From Acaryochloris marina S15 (lineage in GTDB: Bacteria > Cyanobacteriota > Cyanobacteriia > Thermosynechococcales > Thermosynechococcaceae): a stretch of DNA of 24,000 nucleotides. Both the position numbers and the translations under genes were made by a program. The stretch is from positions 3,532,678-3,556,677 of the forward strand of contig NZ_CP064923.1 in NCBI RefSeq assembly GCF_018336915.1. The letters run 5' to 3'. The notes under the pieces were generated by a model. The model ran no database searches and was not told the origin of the DNA. It saw only the letters and a program-made list of their open reading frames with translations. Positions 7,929 through 16,595 of this stretch are shown here, piece after piece; the stretch's first letter is position 1; each line of letters begins with the position of its first letter.

Positions 7929-8546
7929 ATGAGTCAATTCAAAGTATACGGCGATATATATTCTGGTAACTGCTATAAGGTCAAGCTACTCATGTCTCTA
8001 CTGGAGATAGAGCATGATTGGGTTCATATTGACATTCTGAATGGCGAAAGTCGGACCAATGAATTTTTAGCAAGGAATCCGAATGGTCGTGTACCTGTAT
8101 TGGGGCTTCCAGATGGGCGATGGCTGTTCGAGTCGAACGCAATCCTTCATTTCTTAGCCCAAGACTCATGTTTTTTGCCCATAGATCCCTATGGCCATGC
8201 CCAAGTACTGCAATGGCAGTTTTTTGAGCAATATAGTCATGAGCCTTATATTGCCACGTCTCGATATATCATTCGCTATTTAGGGTCACCGCCTGATCGG
8301 CAGGCGGATTTGGAGGCCCGCCGAGTCTGGGGATATGCCGCCTTAGACGTGATGGAAAGCCATCTTGAAAAGCAAGATTTTTTTGTGGACGAGCACTATT
8401 CCATTGCCGATATCTCCTTATATGCCTATACCCATGTCGCCTCGGAAGGAGGATTCTCCCTCAAGCCTTATAGCAACGTTCGCAATTGGCTACGGCGTAT
8501 CTCTCAACATCCTCAACATGTGACGATGGAGCAATTTGCCCCTTAA
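7929..8546 (+). CDS. Glutathione S-transferase family protein
   Basis: N-terminal thioredoxin-like GST motif: FKVYGDIYSGNCYKVKLLMSLL…NEFLARNPNGRVPVL…ESNAILHFLA. An alternative in-frame ATG lies at 7911. Confidence 0.8.
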   Translation: MSQFKVYGDIYSGNCYKVKLLMSLLEIEHDWVHIDILNGESRTNEFLARNPNGRVPVLGLPDGRWLFESNAILHFLAQDSCFLPIDPYGHAQVLQWQFFEQYSHEPYIATSRYIIRYLGSPPDRQADLEARRVWGYAALDVMESHLEKQDFFVDEHYSIADISLYAYTHVASEGGFSLKPYSNVRNWLRRISQHPQHVTMEQFAP

Positions 8547-8589
8547 GGCAGAGACTCAGTCATTCCACCATGAGCGACCAGAACTGATC

Positions 8590-9765
8590 TCAATGTCCTT
8601 GAGGGATATCGCTATTGACTAAGATTCTAGGGAGTCGATGCTTAAATCCACAGACAATCTCGTAGGAAATCGTATCCAGCGCCTCAGCCCAAGTTTCAGC
8701 AGAGATTGACGCCGGACCATCCTGACCCAAAAGGGTGACCACCTCTCCTACCGGTAAATGGGGAAAGTCACTGACATCCACCATGAGCTGGTCCATGGTA
8801 ATGGCTCCAATTTGGGGAGCCAATCGACCCCGAATCATCACATCCATTTGGTTAGATAGGGACCGGGGAACCCCATCGGCATAGCCAATACCGACCACTG
8901 CAACGGTTAAAGGATGCTCTGTGGTGAAGGTATGGTTATAGCTCACCCCTGATCCGGCGGGTAAAGTCTTGATTTGGGTAATCCGAGCTTTGACTTCCAT
9001 AACAGGTTGTAGCGAAACCGTCTGCTGGAAGTGGGACGCAGGATATAAACCATATAGTGCCAATCCCACTCGGACCAAGTCGTAGTGAAATTGGGGACCT
9101 GCTAAGGTTGCCGCTGAGTTGGCGAGATGGAGTTTGGGTAAGGGAATATCCTGGGCTTGGATACGGCTTAAGACGTCCTGTAATCGACTTTGCTGCTGCA
9201 GCATAAAGCTAGAGTCTGCATCATCGGCCGTTGCTAAATGGGAATAGATACTGGCAATCTTGAGATTAGAAAGACGGGAGACAAATTCAATAAAGGTTGC
9301 CCCCTGCTGCCAAATGGGCCCCAAGCGAGACATACCCGTATCAATTTTGAGATGCACTGGCAAAGGATGGTGCAAATGCCGAGAAAAGGTCAGGGCTTGC
9401 TCTGGGCTACATAGGGTAGGCTGCAGTTGCCAGCGGACGATAGCTTCTATCTCTTGAACAGTATGGGTAGCCCCAAGAACTAGAATAGGCCCATCGATCT
9501 CGGCCTGGCGCAGTTCAATTCCCTCCAAAATGGTGGCAACCCCTAACCAAGTCGCACCATTCTTCAAAGCGGTTTGGGCAACCGTCACTGCACCATGCCC
9601 ATAGCCATCTGCTTTGACGACAGCCATTAATGCAGTTTGGGGCAACAATTGCTGTTTGATTTGACGAACATTGTTCTCTAGCGCTTTTAGATCAATATTG
9701 ATCCAAGCGCGTTCACAAGCCAATGTCCCAGGGGATGTATGCTTTACCATTCCTGAATCCGGCAC
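8590..9765 (-). CDS. alr: Alanine racemase
   Basis: PLP-lysine motif AVVKADGYGHG near the N-terminus and C-terminal YEIVCG…RLPR. The length is typical at 391 aa. The start is either the GTG at 9765 or the ATG at 9750. Confidence 0.9.
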   Translation of the reverse strand: MPDSGMVKHTSPGTLACERAWINIDLKALENNVRQIKQQLLPQTALMAVVKADGYGHGAVTVAQTALKNGATWLGVATILEGIELRQAEIDGPILVLGATHTVQEIEAIVRWQLQPTLCSPEQALTFSRHLHHPLPVHLKIDTGMSRLGPIWQQGATFIEFVSRLSNLKIASIYSHLATADDADSSFMLQQQSRLQDVLSRIQAQDIPLPKLHLANSAATLAGPQFHYDLVRVGLALYGLYPASHFQQTVSLQPVMEVKARITQIKTLPAGSGVSYNHTFTTEHPLTVAVVGIGYADGVPRSLSNQMDVMIRGRLAPQIGAITMDQLMVDVSDFPHLPVGEVVTLLGQDGPASISAETWAEALDTISYEIVCGFKHRLPRILVNSDIPQGH

Positions 9766-9777
9766 ACTGATCGAATC

Positions 9778-10338
9778 TTAGCCTGCGGAGGAGGCTGCTT
9801 GATAGTCCTTGAGGTATTGTTGATAACCAACTGTCGCTAACTGTTCCTGTTTGTCCTGAACCATTTCTGAGAGAGAGCGACGATAGGCGATGACCTGCTC
9901 TTGGAGTGCTGGGCGCTGAGCAGCCAATATTTGGATGGCCAATAGACCGGCATTTTTGGCATTACCAATGGCGACGGTGGCCACGGGAATTCCCCCTGGC
10001 ATTTGGACAATAGAGTAAAGGGAATCCAACCCCCGTAAGTGGCGGCTGGCTACGGGAACGCCAATCACGGGTAAGGGGGATATAGCTGCCACCATCCCCG
10101 GGAGATGAGCTGCACCCCCGGCACCAGCAATGATCACTTGTATTCCCTGTTGGTGGGCCTGTTGGGCAAATTCCACCATGCGGTGAGGCGTACGATGGGC
10201 GGAAATGATTTCCACATGGGGGAGGATCTTAAAGTCTTCGCAAACTGCGATCGCAGCTTGCATCGTCGGTAAATCAGAATCACTGCCCATAATGATGGCA
10301 ACTTCAGGATGACTCAAGGGCTCTTCTTTCCTTTGCAA
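9778..10338 (-). CDS. purE: N5-carboxyaminoimidazole ribonucleotide mutase PurE
   Basis: VAIIMGSDSDLPTM…SAHRTP…IIAGAGGAAHLPGMVAA…PVIGVPV are classic PurE motifs. The start is non-ATG (TTG at 10338), so the exact start is uncertain. Confidence 0.9.
   Translation of the reverse strand: MQRKEEPLSHPEVAIIMGSDSDLPTMQAAIAVCEDFKILPHVEIISAHRTPHRMVEFAQQAHQQGIQVIIAGAGGAAHLPGMVAAISPLPVIGVPVASRHLRGLDSLYSIVQMPGGIPVATVAIGNAKNAGLLAIQILAAQRPALQEQVIAYRRSLSEMVQDKQEQLATVGYQQYLKDYQAASSAG
10247..10254. repeat. HIP1 octamer GCGATCGC
   Basis: Exact match, inside purE. Confidence 0.9.
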
Positions 10339-10421
10339 AACAGGGACAACGTTAAAATAGGACTGTTCACAGGAGCAGCAAGTCTTGTTTTTTAATTAAA
10401 AACATCACGTTTGATCTGGAT

Positions 10422-10484
10422 TTGTCTAAAATTTGATCACTTCTGGCAATCTGCATGTTTCTTGAACATCAGCATTTTAGACAA
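10422..10484. repeat. 11-bp perfect inverted repeat with a 41-nt spacer in the purE / small-ORF divergent region
   Basis: TTGTCTAAAAT (10422-10432) and ATTTTAGACAA (10474-10484) are exact reverse complements. The spacer contains a nested ATGTT…AACAT pair. Confidence 0.5.
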
Positions 10485-10527
10485 CCTGCAACATTGAGAA
10501 ATTCTAATTCTTTTTGAGGACGCTTCG

Positions 10528-10782
10528 ATGAATCCGTTACAAGGGTATCGCTTTTCCTGCACCCTCACCTTTGGGGACATCTATGCCCAGGTGATTATTT
10601 GGTTGATTGTGATTTTCATTGCTTTAGCCTCCTCCGTTGCCCTGTACCAAAACCCCATGTATGCCTTTTTAACTGGGGGATTGATTTTGGTATTGTCATT
10701 ACCTTTCTTGCTATTTGCCTTTGTGACCACCCTGCTCAATCACATTGAAATGACCCCTGTTGAGCCAAAGGAAGAGACTTAG
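10528..10782 (+). CDS. Small hypothetical membrane protein (84 aa, two predicted TM helices)
   Basis: ORF from the track. It has two hydrophobic stretches (VIIWLIVIFIALASSVALY and FLTGGLILVLSLPFLLFAFVTTLL). It ends 24 nt upstream of nagA on the same strand. I recognise no family motif. Confidence 0.5.
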   Translation: MNPLQGYRFSCTLTFGDIYAQVIIWLIVIFIALASSVALYQNPMYAFLTGGLILVLSLPFLLFAFVTTLLNHIEMTPVEPKEET

Positions 10783-10806
10783 GTCAATTAGCGAGCCGCC
10801 AACGCC

Positions 10807-11979
10807 ATGGGTGCATTACCACTTCAGGGCCAGTTAGAGAATGCTCAGGTCACTGGCTACTCAGGATTACAGCAAGTTAGTATCCGAGATGGGGTGATTC
10901 AAACCATTCAGCCCATGGATGCCCCACCCCCCACTCTAGCCCCACAAAAAATTGATTTAGAAGGTGATTGGCTGTCTTTAGGGGGCATTGACCTGCAGAT
11001 CAATGGTGCCTTAGGTCTAGCCTTTCCAGATTTGTTGCCCACCGATCAATCGAAACTTCAAGAGATTTGCCAATTTTTGTGGCAGCAAGGCATTGACGGT
11101 TTCTTGCCTACATTGGTGACAACATCGGTTGAAAAGTTTCAGCAAGCCTTGGCTACTTTGTCTGCTCAGAAGTCACCAGGGGATGGCGACCAAGCGCAAA
11201 TTCTAGGTGTCCATTTGGAAGGCCCCTGCTTGAATGCCACCAAACGGGGTGCCCATCCCCAAGAGCATCTTCAGTCTTTGAATATTGAAACACTGCAAAC
11301 GGTCATAGGTCCCTACAAAGATAGCGTTAGGGTCATGACCTTAGCGCCAGAGTTGGAGCCGTCTGGAGAAGCGGTAGCTTGGTTGCGATCCCACAATATT
11401 ATCGTCAGTCTCGGCCATTCTCTAGCCACGGCAGCAGAAGCAGATATGGCCTTTAATCAGGGAGCCACCATGGTGACCCATGCCTTTAATGCCATGCCTA
11501 GCTTGCACCATCGCCAACCCGGGTTGTTGGCAGCAGCGCTGGTGCATCCCCAGGTCTGGTGTGGATTTATTGCCGATGGTCAACATGTGGACCCATTGAT
11601 GCTGAAGCTGATGCTGAAGGCTAGCCCCGAGCAAGGCCTGTTTCTAGTGAGTGATGCTCTAGCACCGTTAGGACTTCCGGATGGAGTTTATCCTTGGGAC
11701 TCTCGCCAAATTGAAGTGACGGCCGGTACGGCTCGGCTCTCCGATGGCACCTTGTCGGGAACCACCTTATCCCTATTGGCTGGAGTGCAAAATCTAGTCC
11801 ACTGGAATCTTTGTTCTGTAGGGTATGCCATTGCCTTAGCCACAGAAGCCCCGAGGCAAGCATTAGGACTACCCGGCATGGGTCCAGGACAACCCGCTCA
11901 CTGCTTGCTGCGTTGGCGTCATCATCCCCAGACCCAAACTCTGAAATGGCAGCGTTTGTTTCCCTCTGAAAATGCTTAA
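10807..11979 (+). CDS. nagA: N-acetylglucosamine-6-phosphate deacetylase
   Basis: Motifs parallel E. coli NagA: GGIDLQINGALG (QxN-type first motif), HLEGPCLN, GHS, THAFNAM and VSDA. Confidence 0.85.
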   Translation: MGALPLQGQLENAQVTGYSGLQQVSIRDGVIQTIQPMDAPPPTLAPQKIDLEGDWLSLGGIDLQINGALGLAFPDLLPTDQSKLQEICQFLWQQGIDGFLPTLVTTSVEKFQQALATLSAQKSPGDGDQAQILGVHLEGPCLNATKRGAHPQEHLQSLNIETLQTVIGPYKDSVRVMTLAPELEPSGEAVAWLRSHNIIVSLGHSLATAAEADMAFNQGATMVTHAFNAMPSLHHRQPGLLAAALVHPQVWCGFIADGQHVDPLMLKLMLKASPEQGLFLVSDALAPLGLPDGVYPWDSRQIEVTAGTARLSDGTLSGTTLSLLAGVQNLVHWNLCSVGYAIALATEAPRQALGLPGMGPGQPAHCLLRWRHHPQTQTLKWQRLFPSENA

Positions 11980-11985
11980 TGCCCT

Positions 11986-13140
11986 ATGGAAAATCCCTTG
12001 TTGCTGATGATTCCAGGCCCTACTCCAGTGCCCGAATCGGTATTATTTGCCTCGACTCAACAGCCCATCAGTCATCGTAGTCAGGATTTCAGAGATTTGA
12101 TGGCTGATATTACGGCAAATTTAAAATGGCTCCACCAAACCCAAAATGATGTGTTGATATTAGCCAGCAGCGGCACCGGGGCCATGGAAGCTGGCATCAT
12201 TAATTTTTTAAGCCCAGGTGATCGGGTATTGGTGGGATGCAATGGCAAGTTTGGCGATCGTTGGGCGGATGTTTGTGAACAATTTGGTCTAATTACCGAG
12301 CGGATTACGGTCCCTTGGGGGAAAGCTTTGGACCCAGAAGTATTTCGGCAGCATCTAGAATCCGATCAGGATAAGCAGATCAAAGCGGTGATTGTGACCC
12401 ATAGTGAAACGTCCACCGGGGTTCTTAACGATCTGGAAACCATTAGCCGTCATATCAAAGCCCATGGTCGAGCCCTCAGCATGATTGATGCGGTCACCAG
12501 TTTAGGGATTTGTCCAGTCCCAGTCGATAAGTGGGGACTAGATGTGGTGGTTTCTGCGTCCCAGAAAGGATATCGAATGCCGCCTGGTTTGGGGTTTGTT
12601 TGTGTTAGCTCTTTAGCGTGGCAGGCTTATGAAACGGCTCGCTTTCCTCGGTTTTATCTGGACCTGGGGAAATGCCGCACGGATGCCGCTGCGAATACGA
12701 CCCCGTTTACCCCGCCTGTAAATCTATTCTTTGCCTTACAGGTAAGTTTAGCCATGATGAAGGCTGAAGGTCTGCTCTCCATGTTTGCCCATCAGCAACG
12801 GTTGATGCAGGCAACCCGAGCCGCTCTTCGAGCCTTGGACCTGCCTCTATTTATTCCTGACAATCATGTGGCTAGCCCGGCTGTCACTGCCATTGCCCCC
12901 GATCAGGTTGCTCCTGAAACCCTCCGATTCAAATTACAGCAGCACTACGGGGTGGTGATTGCTGCAGGCCAAGACCATATGCGAGGCAAACTCGTTCGCA
13001 TTGGCCACTTGGGTTATGTTTGCGATCGCAATATTGTTACCACCATTGCAGCCGTAGAGGCGGCCTTGGCAGATTTAGACTATCCATTCCAAGCTGGGGC
13101 AGGTGTAGAGGCTGCCCATCGTATCTTTAAAGGGAATTAG
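11986..13140 (+). CDS. Class-V pyridoxal-phosphate aminotransferase (alanine-glyoxylate / serine-pyruvate type; historically 'soluble hydrogenase small subunit')
   Basis: IPGPTPVP N-terminus, SGTGAMEA, THSETSTGV and the PLP-lysine context SASQKGYRMPPGLGF. Confidence 0.85.
   Translation: MENPLLLMIPGPTPVPESVLFASTQQPISHRSQDFRDLMADITANLKWLHQTQNDVLILASSGTGAMEAGIINFLSPGDRVLVGCNGKFGDRWADVCEQFGLITERITVPWGKALDPEVFRQHLESDQDKQIKAVIVTHSETSTGVLNDLETISRHIKAHGRALSMIDAVTSLGICPVPVDKWGLDVVVSASQKGYRMPPGLGFVCVSSLAWQAYETARFPRFYLDLGKCRTDAAANTTPFTPPVNLFFALQVSLAMMKAEGLLSMFAHQQRLMQATRAALRALDLPLFIPDNHVASPAVTAIAPDQVAPETLRFKLQQHYGVVIAAGQDHMRGKLVRIGHLGYVCDRNIVTTIAAVEAALADLDYPFQAGAGVEAAHRIFKGN
13022..13029. repeat. HIP1 octamer GCGATCGC
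   Basis: Exact match, inside the aminotransferase gene. Confidence 0.9.
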
Positions 13141-13182
13141 GGTTTGTTCTCAACCCACATTCAAAATGCCTAAACTTGCAGA

Positions 13183-13410
13183 TTAAATGGTTTCCAGCCA
13201 GTCATAAATCTGATTGAGCTGATCCAAAGTAATCAAACCATATTGCCAGAGCACAATCGGTAACGGTCCTGGATCTTGCTCAAGGTGGCGAAGAGCAAGG
13301 CCAATAGAGTCGCTCGGCAGTGCTAGCTCTTCTTGCAGAAAAGTCAGTAATCGCTTTTGCGATGCTGATTTCAAATTAGAAACATCTTTTGTAAACCGAG
13401 ATACTGTCAT
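13183..13410 (-). CDS. Small hypothetical protein (75 aa), probably a cyanobacteria-restricted family
   Basis: ORF from the track with an ATG start. The LWQYGLITLDQLNQIYDWLE C-terminus resembles small conserved cyanobacterial DUF proteins from memory only. I cannot name the family with confidence. Confidence 0.5.
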   Translation of the reverse strand: MTVSRFTKDVSNLKSASQKRLLTFLQEELALPSDSIGLALRHLEQDPGPLPIVLWQYGLITLDQLNQIYDWLETI

Positions 13411-13620
13411 TGGTATTAATAAGAAACCGAGTTTTACCTATGAGAGGAGATTATTAGGGCGTATAAAAAAGAATTGAACCAGCTTAACCAACCATGTGAG
13501 AGTCAAGATCGTTTTTGATCAATTTACTATCAAAAAAGTCTTAGAACTTTTAACCCATCAGTGATTTGACTAACTGGCTGAAATTTATTTCACTTCAGCG
13601 ATAGAAGAGATTTGCCCATG

Positions 13621-13660
13621 CAAAAACACCGCAAAAGCCTCTAAAGAAGAGAAAGTGATG
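13621..13660. repeat. Helically phased A-tract array (about 10-bp period), cluster 1
   Basis: cAAAAAcacc gcAAAAgcct ctAAAgaaga gAAAgtgatg. A-tracts recur at about 10-bp spacing. Confidence 0.55.
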
Positions 13661-13710
13661 ATTTGTATAAAATTTAAGAGCAAATCAGATAACTTGTGCT
13701 GCACTAGCTA

Positions 13711-13770
13711 AACATTGCAGAAAAAACTGCAAAAATGCGCAAAGCCAATTAAATGCAACAGACAAAATAC
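13711..13770. repeat. Helically phased A-tract array (exact 10-bp period), cluster 2
   Basis: AAcattgcag AAAAAActgc AAAAAtgcgc AAAgccaatt AAAtgcaaca gacAAAAtac. A-tracts start at 13721, 13731, 13741 and 13751, each followed by a (C)TGC-like element. Confidence 0.6.
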
Positions 13771-14241
13771 TATCAACCGACGATTAAGCTTCCCCCAGAC
13801 CCTAGGAAAAGAGTTACTGCAAACTACTAACCAGTAGTAGATAAATTCAGTAAGTTTTTCCAGTCGTATTGGGATAAGAGTGTAGCACAGTCTTCAAAGA
13901 TTGATCCAACTTAAATATTTCTTTTAATAAAGTTCATAGGAATAAAAGATACAGGTCAGATGAGCAAGTAAATACACACATGAAAGTCACCTAACAAGCT
14001 TGTCCCACCAGGGGTTACAGACGTATAGCCTAGTCAAGTAACTCCGAGAATTTGAACGCGTTTTTGAGAAAATCAGCGCGTAATGATCTGCCTGCATCTG
14101 ACGATGGAATTGTCTGGTTAATGTGATCTGTGGGGCAAAATAAGTTCATAATTTTGTGTAAGCTGAACCGGAAAGGCAATTTCTTTCACCTCACACTGCT
14201 TATCCAACTCCAATGATGATTCGTGTAAAGGCTGCAAATTG

Positions 14242-14988
14242 ATGAGTGGTAAGTTGGCGACCCGGCTGCGAGAAGGGACGAAACAATCTCATTCTTTGGC
14301 AGAAAATGCAGATTTTATCCAATGTTTTCTCAAGGGAGTAGTTGAAAGAACGTCTTATCGCCAACTATTAGGAAATTTTCACTTTGTCTATAGCGCCCTA
14401 GAAGATCAGCTGACTCAACATCAAAACCATCCACTTTTAAGTCAGCTTTATTTTCCGGCGCTATATCGACAGCAGAGCTTGGCTACGGATCTAAGTTACT
14501 ACTGGGGGCCTCAATGGCAAACGTCAATCACCCCTTCTAGTGCCACTCAACACTATATTGACAGGATTAATGAAGTTGCGATCGCAGATCCAATCCTGCT
14601 AGTCGCTCATAGCTATACACGGTATCTCGGAGACCTTTCTGGGGGACAACTGCTCAAGAAGCTAGCCCAGCGAGGCATGAATCTCTCTCAAGGCCAAGGC
14701 ACTGCCTTCTATGAGTTTGAAGATATCCAGAACCCTAAAACCTTTAAGGTTACCTATCGGCAATCCTTGGATAATTTGCTTCTGGATGAAAGCACCATCA
14801 CCCACATCGTAGATGAAGCCAACCTTGCCTTTAAGCTCAATATGGAATTGTTCAAAGAAGTAGAAGGCAACTTAATTCAAGCCATAGGTCAGATGATCTT
14901 TAGCCATCTGACCCGCTCCCGCAGAAATGGGCAGTCTCAGTGGTCCACAGATCTGGGAGAAACCACTGCACTGCAGCCCCAGGATTAA
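14242..14988 (+). CDS. ho1: Heme oxygenase 1
   Basis: Collinear with my recollection of Synechocystis HO1 (LREGTKQSHSLAEN…FLKGVV…LVAHSYTRYLGDLSGGQLLKK…TAFYEF…). I prefer the ATG at 14242 over the track's TTG at 14239. Confidence 0.92.
   Translation: MSGKLATRLREGTKQSHSLAENADFIQCFLKGVVERTSYRQLLGNFHFVYSALEDQLTQHQNHPLLSQLYFPALYRQQSLATDLSYYWGPQWQTSITPSSATQHYIDRINEVAIADPILLVAHSYTRYLGDLSGGQLLKKLAQRGMNLSQGQGTAFYEFEDIQNPKTFKVTYRQSLDNLLLDESTITHIVDEANLAFKLNMELFKEVEGNLIQAIGQMIFSHLTRSRRNGQSQWSTDLGETTALQPQD
14578..14585. repeat. HIP1 octamer GCGATCGC
   Basis: Exact match, inside ho1. Confidence 0.9.
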
Positions 14989-15425
14989 CTCTTTTCTCGT
15001 AGGGTTTGGTTGAGCTGATCTAAGGAACCGATCAAGCGCTCATTGGCCTCAATTGCAGGATCCGGCGTAATTGCTTCTGCCATTTCTTGCTTTCGCTGCA
15101 TCTTCTTACGGGCTTGTTCAAAAGATCGAATCAACAGAAAGATTACAAAAGCGATCACGATAAAATTCAGCACTGTGGCCAGAAATGAACCATATTTAAT
15201 GCCATTTATCGCGAGCTTGGATAATTCATCCACACCCGCTTTTTTCATCGCCGGATTTAAAAGGGCTGGGGTAATAATATCCTCAACTAAAGAACCGATA
15301 ATCTTGCCGAAGGCCCCGCCAATCACAACGGCAACCGCTAGGTCGACAACATTCCCTTGCATCAGAAAATCGCCAAAGTCCTTGAGGAAGCCTCCAGCTT
15401 TTGCTCTCCCGTTTCTACCAGTCAT
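14985..15425 (-). CDS. mscL: Large-conductance mechanosensitive channel MscL
   Basis: FLKDFGDFLMQGNVVDLAVAVVIGGAFGKIIGSLVEDIITP is the MscL TM1 signature. An ATG lies at 15425 and an alternative TTG at 15434. AAGGAG lies 12 nt and 3 nt upstream of them respectively, so the start is ambiguous. Confidence 0.9.
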   Translation of the reverse strand: MTGRNGRAKAGGFLKDFGDFLMQGNVVDLAVAVVIGGAFGKIIGSLVEDIITPALLNPAMKKAGVDELSKLAINGIKYGSFLATVLNFIVIAFVIFLLIRSFEQARKKMQRKQEMAEAITPDPAIEANERLIGSLDQLNQTLREKS

Positions 15426-15652
15426 TTTTATCAATATCTCCTTTATGCAGGGGTCGATTCTAAACAGTTTTACTTAAAACTGCAATATTCTATCATCAGA
15501 TTTTTTACTTAATATCCCGATGATAGTTTCTGAAGCGAAATAGGCTGAGGGTTGATTTCGGGTTGAGCCTGTTCCCTTGAGCAGGGGACAGGTACAATCT
15601 GGAAGTTTAGGTCAGACCACAGAACAATACCTTGTTCCATTCAAGGGAATAT

Positions 15653-16561
15653 ATGACACCAGACGCTGCCGCCTTTAACCATATTTCAGTCTTAAGCCAT
15701 GAGCTGATAGAAGGACTGATGCTGCATGACCAGGGCTTATATTTGGATGCCACCGTAGGCGGAGGAGGACATAGTGCCTTGATCTTGGAACAAAGTCCCC
15801 AGGCTCAGGTGATCGCCCTTGATCAAGATATTCAGGCCCTGGATGCTGCGCGGGCTAAGTTGCATGACAATTGCGATCGCATCCGGTTTTGGCAAGGAAA
15901 TTTTTCCACCTATGATCCGGATGATCTTCGGTTTGACGGCATTATTGCTGATTTAGGGGTCAGTTCAGCCCAACTAGATCGCCCTGAGCGTGGCTTTAGC
16001 TTTAGACATGACGCAGAGTTAGATATGCGCATGGATCAGAGCCAAGATTTAACCGCTGCTGATGTGATTAACACCTATTCAGAGCGGGATTTAGCCGATA
16101 TTTTCTTCCACTATGGAGAAGAACGGTTTTCTCGGCGAATTGCCCGGAAAATTGTCTCCAAACGCCCCCTTCACACTACCTCTGATCTGGCAAGGGTTGT
16201 AGCGTCTTCACTGCCCCCTCCTAAAGGGCGTCGCCGTCGAATCCACCCAGCGACCCGAGTCTTTCAAGCCCTGCGGATTGCTGTCAATCAGGAATTGCAG
16301 GTCCTAGAGAAATTTATTGAGCTAGCTCCCACCTGGCTCAAGCCCGGGGGCAGAATTGTCATCATCAGTTTCCACAGCCTGGAAGATCGAATTGTTAAAA
16401 TCCACTTTCGCCAGAATCCTTTACTGCAGGTGATCACGAAAAAGCCCATGATTGCCTCCGAGCAAGAGAAAAGAGAAAACAGCCGCTCTCGATCCGCTAA
16501 ACTGCGAATTGCCGAACGGGTTCCTTTGGCAGATGAAGCTGAATCGTCACTGAAGCCATAA
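15653..16561 (+). CDS. rsmH: 16S rRNA (cytosine1402-N4)-methyltransferase RsmH (MraW)
   Basis: [13 protein letters not shown]…[12 protein letters not shown]…[10 protein letters not shown]…RGFSFR…DMRMD…[11 protein letters not shown] are RsmH motifs. I prefer the ATG at 15653 over the track's TTG at 15632. Confidence 0.9.
   Translation: MTPDAAAFNHISVLSHELIEGLMLHDQGLYLDATVGGGGHSALILEQSPQAQVIALDQDIQALDAARAKLHDNCDRIRFWQGNFSTYDPDDLRFDGIIADLGVSSAQLDRPERGFSFRHDAELDMRMDQSQDLTAADVINTYSERDLADIFFHYGEERFSRRIARKIVSKRPLHTTSDLARVVASSLPPPKGRRRRIHPATRVFQALRIAVNQELQVLEKFIELAPTWLKPGGRIVIISFHSLEDRIVKIHFRQNPLLQVITKKPMIASEQEKRENSRSRSAKLRIAERVPLADEAESSLKP
15873..15880. repeat. HIP1 octamer GCGATCGC
   Basis: Exact match, inside rsmH. 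Confidence 0.9.
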
Positions 16562-16567
16562 CGGCTG

Positions 16568-16595
16568 GTCATAAAACGATGACTTTTAGTTTTTT
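16568..16595 (+). terminator. Weak intrinsic-terminator-like hairpin after rsmH
   Basis: GTCAT (16568-16572), loop AAAACG, ATGAC (16579-16583), then TTTTAGTTTTTT. The stem is only 5-6 bp. Confidence 0.3.

Noticed and set aside
13391-13404. Perfect GTAN8TAC (GTAAACCGAGATAC) at the 5' end of the 75-aa gene
   Set aside because: It lies inside the coding sequence (codons 3-7) and has no appropriately spaced TAN3T on either side. It is probably a chance occurrence, and an NtcA EMSA would settle it.
13753-13830. 25-aa ORF (MQQTKYYQPTIKLPPDPRKRVTANY) in the ho1 upstream spacer
   Set aside because: It is short, has no ribosome-binding site and no recognisable peptide motif. It overlaps the phased A-tract array, which explains the local sequence better.
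13990-14060. Weak tRNA-like look of GTATAGCCTAGTCAAGTAACTCCGAGAATTTGAA
   Set aside because: It has no acceptor-stem complementarity, no GTTCGAATC-type T-loop and no cloverleaf when folded by eye.
15043-15477. 144-aa plus-strand ORF antisense to mscL
   Set aside because: It fully overlaps the motif-verified mscL frame. Its translation is low-complexity (Ser/Ile/Ala/Pro-rich) with no motifs, so it is a shadow ORF.
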